From: Emiliania huxleyi CCMP1516
Taxonomy: Eukaryota
Reading direction: 5' to 3'
Assembly: GCF_000372725.1 (NCBI RefSeq)
Contig: NW_005201551.1
Coordinates: 218,520-282,519, forward strand
DNA: 64,000 nt
In this document: piece after piece, positions 17,544-30,390 of the stretch
Layout: each line of letters begins with the position of its first letter
Position numbering within the stretch: position 1 is the first letter of the stretch
Translations under genes and position numbers: made by a program
The notes under the pieces: generated by a model
What the model saw: only the letters and a program-made list of their open reading frames with translations
Told to the model about the DNA's origin: nothing
Databases searched by the model: none

Positions 17544-20500
17544 CACTGGTCAAACTATTAGCCTCATAATGAGGAAAAGGCTAATAGCGATTTCAAATAG
17601 TGCTACTATTAGCTCAGAGGGGCTAATAGTGCAATTATTAGGTGTGCTAATAGCCGATGTCCTAATAATGGACCCTCATAATGCGCACTTAGCGATTTCG
17701 CGATTCATGCCGCATGCTTCACGGCGCGGCCTAATAGCTGGGCCTCATAGCGACATGCCGGCCACGGAGCTCGTCGCGCCCATGCCGCCATCGGCGCCCG
17801 CTGACCATCTGGCGTGCAGCGAGAAACCCTCTGCGAGCTGGCGCCAGCGTGGTGGTTTGGCGGCGTGCGGCGCAGCGCTGGTCTTCTTGGCGTCCATCCA
17901 CGGTGATCGCGGATCCGGCGAGAAGCCTTGCGCTGCCATCGGTCAAGGCGCAGCTGGACGAGACGATGCGAGAGGAAGGCCGGCGGCTTTTCGAAGCGCA
18001 GCACGACCTGCCGCGCCCGGCGCGCTGATGCCGACCACTGCAGGGTTTGTTGTCGACGAAGCTCGCTAGGTGTTTTTCTTGTTTGACTTGGCGATTTGAG
18101 AGTCGCGCACAGCACACACTGGCCAGTGTGCTCCTCGCTCGCTCCCCGCTCGCCTCGGTGACCTGTCGCCCACCAGCGCGCGGCGACCGCGCGCACACCA
18201 CCAGCGCGTGGCGACCGCGCACACCGCGCCCGCCGGCTCTCCGCCCTCCTCACCACCCGTCGGTATTGTTCTCCCTGGCGTGCGCGAGTCGCTCGTCCTA
18301 GGGAGCGAACTAGTGCGAGTCACTAGTGTACTCGAATGCAAGCGAAGGGTAGCTCTCGTCTGCTGCTGCTGCTGCTGCTGTTGCTCTCGCTACTGCTGTT
18401 GCTATTGAAGCTGCTGTCTAGTCGCTACGCAATTGTCGCTGTCTGTTAGCTACGGTTGCTGTGCTAACGTGCGCATCGTGTTCACGCACACCGCACCACT
18501 TTCCGCCCGGAAGGATAGGAGTGGTGCATTCGGGTGCGCATCGTGTTCACGCACGTGTGTGTGCTACCGCAGAGTGGCCTGGAGGCGACAGATTGCTTCG
18601 TAGAAGCGCTCCTATGCCTTATCCCCGGGAGGTGTCGCAGCGTGCGAGCGGTCGTCGTCGGCAGGGAGATTGTCTCATCTCTTGAGCGAGAGATTAGCAT
18701 CTCGCTATAGTGCCATGCAGCGGCACAAGTCGAGCTGTGAACACGCGGTGTGAACGAGCTCGGCGGGGAGATTGTCTCATCTCTTGAGCGAGAGATTAGC
18801 ATCTCGCTATAGTGCCATGCAGCGGCACAAGTCGAGCTGTGAACACGCGGTGTGAACGAGCTCGGCAGGGAGATTGTCTCATCTCTTGAGCGAGAGATTA
18901 GCATCTCGCTATAGTGCCATGCAGCGGCACAAGTCGAGCTGTGAACACGCGGTGTGAACGAGCTCGGCGGGGAGATTGTCTCATCTCTTGAGCGAGAGAT
19001 TAGCATCTCGCTATAGTGCCATGCAGCGGCACAAGTCGAGCTGTGAACACGCGGTGTGAACGAGCTCGGCGGGGAGATTGTCTCATCTCTTGAGCGAGAG
19101 ATTAGCATCTCGCTATAGTGCCATGCAGCGGCACAAGTCGAGCTGTGAACACGCGGTGTGCACGAGCTCGGCGGGGAGATTGTCTCATCTCTTGAGCGAG
19201 AGATTAGCATCTCGCTATAGTGCCATGCAGCGGCACAAGTCGAGCTGTGAACACGCGGTGTGAACGAGCTCGGCAGGGAGATTGTCTCATCTCTTGAGCG
19301 AGAGATTGGCATCTCGCTATAGCCATGCAGCGGCACAAGTCGAGCTGTGCGCGCAATGGCTCTCAGCCGCCGCCCGCAACGGGCCGGGTGTGTCGCACTT
19401 GCCGCTCGGCAGCGGTGGCTAACGCAGTTAGACCGTGCATCATACACACGGTGTCACACGCTTTTACACCCGCAACGGGCACACAGCCGTGTATTGGACT
19501 TGCCGCTCGGCAGCGGTGGCAGACGCCGCTGGCCCATGTATCACTCACATGGTGTTACACACAACATGTCTGGCCCATGTATCACTCACATGGTGTCACA
19601 CGTACTGCCACCCGCCACGGGCGCAGTCGTGTCGCACACGCCATCCGCAGCGGAGGCTAGCGCCTCTAACCATGTATCAGTCACATGGTGAGATCGCATC
19701 GTGCTCGCAATTCGGCAGATCGCTGAGGCAACGAGGTCGCGCGGGCTGGCGGGGCTGGGGCGCGGGCGATCGGGCTCTTCGCGGCGTGGGCCGGCTGCAG
19801 GCAGCGCGCCGGCTATGCATGCTAGGCCCCGAAGGGGCCTGCCCAACCACCTACGGTTCGCAGGGTGTGGCGGGAGGGGCGAATCGTGCAGTGTGAGCGA
19901 GCGAGCAAACGCAGCGGGGCAGCGTGCATCGCTCGCGAGCAAGGAGATCGGCGATCGACTTTGTGAAAGCCGAGCACGTGAGGCGCCGTCACAGCTGTCG
20001 CTGTGAATGGCTTATCGGATGGCTACCTGCGAGCGGGCTGCAGGTGGCCGGGAGGTGGGAACCAAGGCCGTCGCGATCGACAGGCCTACTCGTACAATAC
20101 GGGCTCCGCTCCACACCGACCAAACCTCTCGGAGCTAACGCTGTCCGCAGGCATGTGAGGCGGAACGGCGACCGCACAGCGCGCGCGGGTGTGGAGAACG
20201 TGATCAACCGCCGGGCTTCGGCCCCTCGCCGGCGCAGCGCCGGCGAGGTCCTGGGTCATCCCCGGGCGGCGGTCCGGGCGGCAGCAGATCTCTGCGCCGC
20301 CCGCATCCTGTTCGTGATCAGGGCGTGCGCAGTTTGAAATTGCAAGGTCCGAGCGCGCGCCCGCGCCCGCCGCGCCCCGCACGCAGCCACATCCTGCGTT
20401 CTGCGGCGGCAGCGGCCTTATCTCTCTCTCTCTCTCCCTGCTCTCCCAAGCCGTGCGCACCGTCGCCGCGCGCGCGCGCCGCCGCAAGCTGCCGGGCTGA

Positions 20501-22296
20501 CGCTCGTCCCCGTGCCCCTGTTGCGCAGGCAACACCCGCGCTCGTGCGGACCGCACGACCAGCTTTATGATGTAACATACTTGACCCCCCCCCTTGGGCC
20601 CTCGTGTTTTTCGTGCCAAACCAGCGCGATCTCGGCGGGGCGTCAGCGCCTCTCGGAGGGGCATCATGCGCTCCCGGGGCCGCCCGACGGCGCGGGCCTC
20701 TTGCTGATGGACCCAGCCGAGGTGCCCGACCAGTCGGAGTGGCGCTGACGCGCCGCGCGCGACCACCAGCCAGCTTGCCAGCCGGGCCGAGAACGGTGCC
20801 TCGAGAATGTAGACACTCTCCGGTCCATCCGGAATTTTGTCGTTCTAGTTAGCACTGCTGCTGCAGACAGGGCCCGCGCGACCCCTTGCACTTCCCGGAT
20901 CCAGCTCGCTGAGGCGTGGCGTCACCCCGCTGACCGCCCACAGGTGGCTGATCGCGGCCGCCACTCACGTCGCTTTTCGGCGCCTGGCTCTCAGAGGGCT
21001 CCTGCGGCTCTCCCTCGTCGCGTGACCGCCGCCGACAGCATCTGCTCGGTCGTGCCCGCCGGCGCGGAGCTGCGCCACGTCGACTTCTTCGGTGGCTCGA
21101 CCGCCGGCGCGCCCACTATCGCCTCCTGCGCGCCTCACACCCAGTATTCACCTCGCGCGCGACCGCCAAAGTGAGCGCACGACCACCTCCCCCTCGCTCC
21201 TGTAGGTGGGCCGCCCCGCGCTGGCGGGAAGAGGCGCGCCGAGCCATCGGTGACGTCCCGGCGAGCTCATGGGCCCCCAAAAGGTCGCACCGACCCGTGG
21301 CTCCGCCGTCGGCTCCGCCGCGAGCGGCGACGGTGAGGCCGCCGGGGCTCGCCTATACCGGCTAGTGTGGAGCCCTCAGTGTAGTTGCGTGTTGTACTAG
21401 TGATGCTGCACTAGGCGGCCCGTTTTTAGCAAAAACCAGATACCACATCGCGTGTGGTCGTCGAAAAACCGCATGTTCGCCCGTCTGGGACCTCTTCGTA
21501 CGGCTCCAAAAACCGCTCCTTAACGACGACTACGCGGCCCGGCGGTCGATCTGCGCCTTCTCAGCGGTGGAGGGGATGTGGGAGGTACGTGCGGACCGCG
21601 TGGTGTTGCGACGGTTTGACGAGTGCGACTCCCAGCGTCGACTTTTCGACCCCACGGAGCCTCTGCTGCTCCGGGGGGGGGGTCTGCAGACCACCCGGCC
21701 GAACTTCAGAGTCGCGGTGCTCCTCAAATACCGCTCAAACGCCCACGATGTTGTGCAGGGGACATATACTGATGATCCTGGCCCGATTGGTTCGCTCAGA
21801 AAGCTTCTGGGCGGTCGTTAAGGTTCGCTCCCCGCACACCGGCCCGGAAGTATGTTACATCATAGCTTCCTGCTCGCGCCGCCCTCGCTGTGGCCCGGCG
21901 TCTCCGCCGGCGGCTGGTGCGTCAAGGTGATGAAGAGCACCACCAAGCCTGACGTCACCACGGTCAAGTTCAACGACTCCACGGTGACCTTCTCGTTCGC
22001 CGTGGTTGCCTCATGGAAGCCCGTCTCCTAGAGAGTCGGCGCCATCGCTCTTGCCGCGCCGCGCGTAGTGCGCGTCGCGCGGGTACCGCACTATTAGGGC
22101 ACTATTAGGGCCACTATTCGGCTCTCATAGTGCCCTAATAGCGCCCTAATAGTCGCTATTAGCCCATCTCATAGTGGTGTTCTAATAGCTCCAGACGTTA
22201 TGAAGCTCAGCTATTAGCCCCTCTGAGCTAATAGTAGCACTATTTGAAATCGCTATTAGCCTTTTCCTCATTATGAGGCTAATAGTTTGACCAGTG
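17544..22296. mobile_element. 4.75-kb CACTG-terminated (CACTA/CMC-like) non-autonomous element
   Basis: ~85-bp TIR cactggtcaaactattagcctcataatgagg... inverted at ~22211-22296; subterminal ctattag/ctaatag repeats at both ends; TG on both flanks; no transposase recognised. Confidence 0.85.
18664..19349. repeat. 102-bp tandem array, ~6.7 copies, inside the CACTG element
   Basis: gggagattgtctcatctcttgagcgagag recurs at 18664, 18766 and on with 102-bp period. Confidence 0.95.
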
Positions 22297-23149
22297 TGGT
22301 GGCCTCGAGCTGCGCCGCGTCGGCTAGGATCTCCTTCCTCAGCAGATCGCCGTGACATGAGGCCACCATCGTGTGGGATCGTGACCGCCGGCCAGCAGCC
22401 CACGTGTAGCGCGACTCTTGGGCAGGATGAAGTGAGGGCATTTGGTCCTCGCTGAAACACGCAGAATTTCACCTGTGCCACAGCATGGGGAGGACGGTTC
22501 ATGTCCGCGCTGCGATTGACCCCGAGCAAGTCGCACGGGCCCGATCGACTGGCAGCGGAGTCGAGGACCGGCCGTGGCACCGAGCTCCATGGCAGTAGGA
22601 TGAGCAGGGCCACCATTATACGCCGCCCAAAAAGGCGGCGCCCGTCGGTGGTGTGCACCCCCTAACTTGGAGTGCAGTCATTAACCTCACGCCCAGGACC
22701 GGGGAGCTGAGAAGCGCACCCAGTTGGCCGGACGCTCGGCATCGGGTTACGGGCAAGAGAGCCCTAGCCCCGGGGGTGCGCGGTCGCAGGGCCATAACAC
22801 GGGTCTCCGAGGGTTAGTTCTGCGCTCCGGGTTTCCCCTAGCTGCGGAACGCCCCCTCTACTCGGAGCTAGTGATACGAGAATACGCACCGTCCCCACGC
22901 AATACCTTACTCGAAGATAATACGAGAATACGCAGCTGCGATGCACAACATGACGCCAAACACACGATTGCAGCACAGCCGTGCGCGCCGCCGCTCGCGC
23001 CGCCCCGCTCCTCGCTCCATATGTTCTTTACACACGCACCCCTTTGGGGTTACAGCCCCCCCGCCCACGATTTCTTTTCCTTGTTCTTTTCGGTTCTTGT
23101 TTTTCAACCCCGCTTCGCTGTTTATGTTCTTTTTTTTCCCACGACACCG

Positions 23150-23526
23150 GTGAAAAGTGGGACGATAAGTGGTGGCTGGACATCGAGGAGTACGGGGATG
23201 CCAACTTTGAGGCGCGAAAGGCGGCTGGGTTGGCGGCGCATGCGGCGGCGCTCGCGGACGGCCTCTCTCGGGAGGCGGCTTGCGACGCTGCTCTTGCGGC
23301 TGTCGAGGCGCTCCTGCTTAAGCAGGAGCCATGGAGGCTCAAATTCCTCAAGGCGGAGGAAGGCGTGGGAGAGGCGGACGCGAACCACCGCCGCCGGCGG
23401 GCGGCGAAGGGGCGCGCCAAGGAGGAGCGCGAGGAGCGCGCGGAGCTCGCTCCATTTGGGGAGGATTACGGCTCGGGAGGGCTAAATCGTGCAGAGATCG
23501 ACTTGTTCGATGACGATGGCCCCTGA
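23150..23526 (+). CDS. coding-like fragment of unknown function, probably element cargo
   Basis: EKWDDKWWLDIEEYGDANFEARKAAG...DLFDDDGP*; flanked by dispersed repeats (23051-23104 matches 12522-12575; 23576-23616). Confidence 0.3.
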
Positions 23527-23774
23527 GGGGGCCGTCTGCTGTGTCCTTTGTAGTGCCAGTCCCGTACCCGGTGTCGTGTGTACTTGTTACGTGAAAACCC
23601 GCTGGGACCCGGACGCCAGCACACACGGCTAGACGAGAGAGTAAAAAAATTTTTTTGGTGTGCCGGTGATAGCACTAGCACGCGCCAGTTCGCACCTGTG
23701 TCGAGCCTGTATACTGTGAGAGAGACTCTTTTGTTTAAATTCTTTTTTCAAATTCTTTTTTTTGCAGCACAGCA

Positions 23775-24363
23775 GGTAGGTAGGTAGTAAGGTGAAGAAC
23801 AGCCAGGCTCGGACTGGACACCAACGCGGTATGGGTGGACGCTGGACAGATGATGACGACACGCACGAGCGACACACAGACACAAACAAGCTCACAAGAC
23901 ACACAGCCATCTGGCTGCCACACACCCTGAGTCGGCGTACACATAACTCAGGGCCACATCCTCCCTGTCGCCCCCCCCAGCACTCCACGGTGCCAGAGGA
24001 CACAAACAAGGGCACAACAAACAACAGACGACAAGAAGTGACATGTGAGGCTAGAGCAGCTGCTCTGCCTCTAGCAATCTCACCGGCCTGCGAGGCACGG
24101 ACGAGACCGTATGTGGGGTCTAGTGAGGTGTCTATGGACGCTCTTCTCATGGGCTAGCTGCCTGCGCGCCGCCGCTCGCGGGCCCATTCGCGCCGACCCC
24201 TGCGGGCCCAAAAGGGCGACGGACGCTTGCGTCCTAGCCTCCTCCCCGGCGCAGAGGGGCCCCCGGAAGAATGCTGAAAGAAAGAAAGAAAACACACAAC
24301 CCAAGGGAGGGATGGGAGAACGGCACGCCCGGACTCAACCGCTGCTTAGTGGCCGTGCGTTAT
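23775..24363 (-). mobile_element. retroelement insertion, (CCTA)n-tail family, just upstream of the NIPA gene
   Basis: gtaggtaggtagt tail; body matches 40654-40820 and ~57601-57710; tttttttgcagcacagcag present on both flanks. Confidence 0.7.
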
Positions 24364-24431
24364 TTTTTTTGCAGCACAGCAGCGGCGCGCTCGCGCCAGC
24401 CCGTTCGCACCGGCCCCTGCGTGCCGCGCCG

Positions 24432-27400
24432 ATGACATGGGTGCCGTTCGGCGGGAAGACCAGCTCCATCTGGGAGCACACCTTCACGCCGCTCCACCTC
24501 GGCATCATCCTCGCTGTTAGCGGGAACCTGCTGATCGCGTGCAGCCTCGCCCTCCAAAAGTGGGTGCACATGGCCTTCGAGCGCGAAGACGAGGAGCCGA
24601 GGTTAGCAGCGCGCGCCCGCACGCTCTTCCCTGTGGCGCTGCTCGGGCTGATGCTGGGCGAGGTCGGCAACTTCGCCGCCTTCGGCCTCGCCAGCCCAAC
24701 TGTGGTGTCGCCCCTCGGCGCCGTCGCCGTCATCGCCAACGCCGCCATCGCCTTCCTCGTGCTAAAGGCGCGCCCAGTGCCAGTGCCCCCAGTTGCCGAG
24801 CAGCTAATTCGCTAGTGCTGATCAGTGCCTCTCGACTGGCTAGGAGCGCTTCTACCTCCGGAACCTTCTCGGAATCGTCGTCACCGTCCTCGGCTCCGTG
24901 GTCGTTGTGCTCAACGCGCCGCCGGCTGTTGGAGGGACCTCCCCCTCCCCACACTGAATGATGACGTGTCAACAACGAACCAACTAGGCGCCGCCGGCGG
25001 TGGAGGACCTCTCCCTTACCTCCTTTAAAACGCTCGTCACCGCGCCCCCCTCCCTCATCTATTTCGCCGTCGTCGGCGCTGGAATCCTGCTGCTCTGGCT
25101 CTCGGAACCAAAGTTCGGGCACCGGTGTCTGCCACTAGAAGCGGAGTCCGTAGTCACAAGCAGCGAGACCTCGAGAGGACACGCCTTCCGTCGACCGTAT
25201 TCGACCGCATTCGCTGTATTCGACCGTATTCGCCTCTGTCGTACCCACGCGATGCTCTGGCTGCACAGCACCCGAACTCGCGCAAAGATGTTTGCGTCTT
25301 CGCCACGCAGGTACTTGCTGCTAAACGTCGGCCTCTGCTCGCTGCTTGGCTCCATCACCGTCCCCTCCTCCTCCGTATCTCCTCACATCTCCCCATATCT
25401 CCCCCTATCTCCCCGTAGGCTCCATCACCGTCCTCTCCTCCTCCGCCATCTCGCACTTCATCACTCATTTGGGCGAAGACCCGTCGGTACTGCCGATCTC
25501 CGATCCCCTACTTAACTAACCCTTAAGTAAGCGCTTAATCACTCAATAATAGGTGCTGCGCTCTCCGATCCCGTACTTAACTAACCCTGAACTACGTGTT
25601 TAATCACTCATCAACTAATAGGTGCTGCGCTCTCCGATCCCCTACCTGCTTCTACCCGTCCTCGTCTCCACCGCGGTGAACTGCTTGCTCAGCCACCACA
25701 AGTAGTCGAGATCGCAATCTCGCGCCAGATCGCAATCTCGCGGCTATACTTCGCCCTCCAGCTCACTAGTCCAGATCGCAATCTCGCGGCTGTACCTCGC
25801 AGGCCCTCCAGCTCACTAGTCCAGATCGCAATCTCGCGGCTGTACTTCGCCCTCCAGCTCACTAGTCCAGATCGCAATCTCGCGGCTGTACCTCGCACGC
25901 CCTCCAGCTCACTAGTCCAGATCGCAGTCTCGCGGCTGTACTTCGCCCTCCAGCTCACTAGTCCAGATCGCAATCTCGCGGCTGTACCTCGCAGGCCCTC
26001 CAGCTCACTAGTCCAGATCGCAATCTCGCGGCTATACTTCGCAGGTCCTCCAGCTGAAGCACCTCAACTTGGCGCAGAAGCACTTTGACTCGAGCGCCGT
26101 CGTGCCGGTCTACTATGCTACCCCTCCTTCACCATCTGCTCCACCATCTCCGGCGAGTCAATCATGACGTAGTTAACTAATTAATCAGGTCTACTACCTC
26201 TCCTTCACCATCTGCTCCATCTCCGGCGGCGGTATCGTCTACCAGGTCCTTTGATTAATCAATGAGCTCTTAGTTATGGCTTCATTCGCTGATGATCAAC
26301 ACTTCATAACGGATAGGACTTTTGGCGCTTCACGCCCCTCACCGCCTTCGGCTTCGTCTCCGGCTGCCTCTTCTGCTTCAGCGGTGTGTCCACCTCACCA
26401 CCAATCGCGGTACCGAGGGTGATGAAGTGCTACTCAGTAGCTGCTGACGTGTACTAGGTGTCTGCCGTCATCACCGAGGGCGGTACCGAGGGTGAATCAG
26501 AGTGAACTTCCATTTTTTGATCTGTTCTTTAGGTGTCTACCTGATCACCAAGCGCGGTACCGTCGCCGCCGGCCGCGGCGTCTCTGATGCGCCGCCCGGC
26601 GATATTTCTTTTCTTTCGCTAGCAGAGAAAAAAGAAAAAATAGGCTTCTCGGATGCGCCGCCCGCCGCGCCGCCCTACGTCGGTGCCGCTATCGGCCCAG
26701 GTGAACTATTAATTGCTGAATATTAACTGTGATTACTATTCGTATTCGGAGCCGCTATCGGCCCAGGTGAACTATTAATGATTGAATTGAACTGTGATTC
26801 TTGACTCTTGGCCGTATGTCGGAGCTGCCATCGGCCCAGGCGTCAATAATTCACTATCGCCAATGCGGTGGGCGGTTGACTCATGCAGGCGGGCAGCAGC
26901 TGGCCGCCGCCATCTGCGAGTCTGCGCGGAGCGTGGCGCCGTCGCGTCTGGCGCGGCTGGGCAAGGCGGTTTCTCTCGACGAGGGGAGGCGGGGCGTGTC
27001 AGGCCAGCGGCTGTTGGAGGAGGTCGGCCTGCCCTCCTCCTTCTCCTGCTCCTCCGGTGCAGCGCTGTCCGACGTCGTCATTTCAGACCCACTCGGCGCC
27101 CCCACGTTTGGCGACCCCCACCTCTGCTCTCTCTCTCTCTCTCTCTCTTCACACCTCCCCGCTGTGAACAGGCGACCCCACGCTGGGCGACCCCTACCTC
27201 TGCTCCCCCTCTCTTCACACCTCCCCGCTGTGAACAGGCGACCCCACGCTGGGCGACCCCTACCTCTGCTCCCCCTCTCTTCACACCTCCCCGCTGTGAA
27301 CAGGCGACCCCACGCTGGGCGACCCCTACCTCTGCTCCCCCTCTCTTCACACCTCCCCGCTGTGAACAGGCGACCCCACGCTGGGCGACCCCTACCTCTG

Positions 27401-28274
27401 CTCCCCCTCTCTTCACACCTCCCCGCTGTGAACAGGCGACCCCACGCTGGGCGACCCCTACCTCTGCTCCCTCTCTCTTCACACCTCCCCGCTGTGAACA
27501 GGCGACCCCACGCTGGGCGACCCCTACCTCTGCTCCCCCTCTCTTCACACCTCCCCGCTGTGAACAGGCGACCCCACGCTGGGCGACCCCTACCTCTGCT
27601 CCCCGCCCCGCTCCAACTCCGCGCCTGGCCATGGCCAGCGGAGGGCGGCGTCGTACGAGTCGCCAGAGAGATTGCGAGAGCTCAAGTCACGGCGGCTGCC
27701 CTCGCGTCACCCTTCGCGGCGGGGCGCAGAGCCGCGGCAGCTGGACTTTGGCGGCGCGGCGGGCGGCGACGGCGGCGACGCGGCGCTGCTCGGCGCGACG
27801 GTCGCGCGCGGGGCGCCGCACCAGCTGCAGCGGCTTACTTCGGGAGGGATGCGGCGGATCTCGACGTCGATCTCGACGTTGCTTGACCGCGATATCTCCG
27901 TCGACCTCGACGCGACGGCGTCGCTCGAGCGGGGCATGTCTGGACACAACCCACCTCCAATGGTGCTCGGCGCCTCCACCTCGCAGCTGCATCTCTCTCC
28001 GCTGCTGGCAGTGCCTCGCCGGCTCCAACCGCGCCGGCGCGGCAGCGTGTGTTCACAGCTCGCGGTGTGAACAGGCTCGCACGTGGTCACCCTCAGTGCG
28101 GAGGAGCGCCGGCGGAGGCTTCAGCGCCGCCTCGATCGCCGAGGCCGCGGCGGCGGAGGCGGCGGCGCCCGCCACCGCCGGGCGGAGCAGCAGCGGCGGA
28201 GTGCTGGGGGGGCGCGGGTTTGGCTTCCGGGTGAGCGGGCTGGTGGGTCGGCCGCCCGATTTGCTGTGACGTAG
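24432..28274 (+). CDS. NIPA-family magnesium transporter (multi-exon, long C-terminal tail)
   Basis: LGIILAVSGNLLIACSLALQK, LMLGEVGNFAAFGLASPTVVSPLGAVAVIANAAIAFLVLK|ERF, YLLLNVGLCSLLGSITV, LQLKHLNLAQKHFDSSAVVPVYYLSFTICSI, GVYLIT are NIPA-type motifs; 3' exons less certain. Confidence 0.85.
27145..27606. repeat. 66-bp tandem array (7 copies; 4 copies in the duplicate at ~32971-33235)
   Basis: ctcttcacacctccccgctgtgaacaggcgacc unit at 27145, 27211 ... 27541. Confidence 0.95.
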
Positions 28275-28659
28275 GAGGGCGTCCCCGCAGAGCGCGGTGT
28301 TGCCGCGCCCTCCGCGCACGTGCAGCGCACTCACGTACCTGGCCTCATTTCCATGCGAGGGACGGCCAGATCTCTGTCGTGGCAGGCAGCCAAAGAGATT
28401 AAAGTCTCACCGCAGCGAGCACAGTTTGGTGAGTCCGATCAAACCGTATCTTTTCACGGCATGCTAGCTTTTAGATCAAAAGGCTCTGTTCAAAAGTTCA
28501 AAACCAGCTGAAACCGATCCGTAGCCACCGTCGATGGACGATGCACAACGCACGAATCCGCCGCCTTTTCGGATTTCGCTTACGCGATTCCCCCGTGCCC
28601 CGACGCCCGAGGGCCGAGCCCGACCATACACGCCGCGGCCCCCTTACGCGCGACTCGAG

Positions 28660-28930
28660 AGAGGGGAGGAGACAGGAGAGGAGAGGAGAGAAGAGAGGAG
28701 TGGAGTGGAGAGGAGAGGAGAGGGGAGGAGACAAGAGGGGAGGAGAGGAGAGGAGAGGAGAGGAGAGGAGAGGGGAGAGGAGAGGAGAGGAGAGGAGAGG
28801 AGAGGAGAGGAGAGGAGAGGAGGGGAGAGGAGAGGAGAGGAGAGGAGAGGAGAGGAGAGGAGAGGAGAGGAGACGAGACGAGACGAGACGAGACGAGACG
28901 AGACGAGACGAGACGAGAGGAGAGGAGAGT
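28660..28930. repeat. (GGAGA)n/(GACGA)n microsatellite
   Basis: Direct reading. Confidence 0.95.
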
Positions 28931-30282
28931 CAGGCCACGACTCGCCAATATCTCCCCGCATCTCCCCAACTTACACGGCGCCTCTTCTTGCCGCCCAAAC
29001 GAGGGCGCTGCTCACGGCAGCGGCGCCGAGCACGTAAAGCGCGGCACACGCGCCAAGGTAGCACCCTTTGAACGGCGTCTGACACAACGGCGCCGCGGGC
29101 CCTATCCGAGTCGAAAAGTGTGAGAATCGTCTCTTCACACCTCGAAGCCGCTAAGTCTTTTCGCCGTCAAGCCGTTCTAGCGGCGCTGCGCGCCACGTGG
29201 AGAGCGCGGCACGTACAGAGGAGCACGCGCTGCCCATGCACCGCGAAGGCCGTCTCACGAGTCAGCGAGCCGAGCCCTGTTCATAGCAAAGAGTGTGAAC
29301 GGCGCCTCTTCACACCTCAACACCGTGAACGCCGTCAATCGCCTTCTCACCGCCGCAAAGGCGCTCCGCGCCGTGCTAACGGCGCCGAGCGGGCAGCACA
29401 GCACGCGCGCGACACGCCCCTTGCACGGCGTCTGCTAAAACGGCGCCTCGAGCCCTATGCGAGTCGAAAAGAGTGAGACGGGAGTTCTGACCGTCAGAAT
29501 GAGGGCGTACGAGCGAGAGCACAGGCCTCTTCGCGGCAGCGCCAGTTTCTTTTCTTTTTCTTCATCCCATCCACGGATCGTCGCGTCGAAAGAAAGAAAG
29601 AACACCGTTCGCGATAATTTGGCTGCAAAATTCTTCTTCGGAGAGACTTGTCTTGTTTAAATTCTTCTTCGGCCGCGCGGTCTTGGCTCGCCATCGCACA
29701 CGATCGTGCGGGAGCGTGCGCGTGCACCCACGCAACGCCTCCATACCGTTCGCACCACTGCGTAGCTGTTGCATCTCCGTGTGCGTGCGACTCGGACTCG
29801 CTCTCTTGCACTCACCGCCGCCTTCGCCGCCGCCTTCGCCTCTGTCACGTCTGGATCGCTTCCCCATTCTCGCCCTGCCTCGCTCGCCAATATTCGAGAA
29901 CAGTGCACCATCGCTCCTTCCCCTCGCTCCCACGGGCTCACGCTTCGTGCTGTCGCTACTAGGTTCTTCGCATCTACCTGGAGTGGATAGCGTCTGCCGT
30001 CTCTCGCGCCGCTCGTTCCAGCTGCCACCTCGATGGCGCAGTCGCGCCGCTCTGACGCTAGACTCCCCAGGTCTTCGCTCCAGCGCTTGCTGCGCCAAGG
30101 AGCGCCAAGGAGCAACGGCGAGGCGGCAGCATCGCATCGGCCGACAGATTGCCGCCGTGACGCTCGGCGATCTCTCCCGCCATCACCTCCACCTCTCGCC
30201 GACGCCACGTTTGTTGCCACGCGATCGCCTCCGGCGCGCAGGGCCATCTCTCTCCGCGCAGGTCCGTCGCTCCATGGCGCCG

Positions 30283-30390
30283 TTAGGGTTGGAGAGGGTG
30301 TCGTTAGGGTGTTAGGTTAGGGTTAGGTCAGGGTTAGGGCCGAGGCGGAAGCGGAGGGAAGGTAAGGGTTAGGGTTAAGCTAGGGTTAGA
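30283..30390 (+). repeat. degenerate interstitial TTAGGG tract
   Basis: Several ttaggg/ttaggt units. Confidence 0.6.

Noticed and set aside
18664..19349. 102-, 70- and 66-bp arrays as CRISPR arrays
   Set aside because: Units are repeated whole with no unique spacers, no cas genes, eukaryotic context
26794..28269. 491-aa repeat protein
   Set aside because: Read-through of the 66-bp array in a frame other than the NIPA exons
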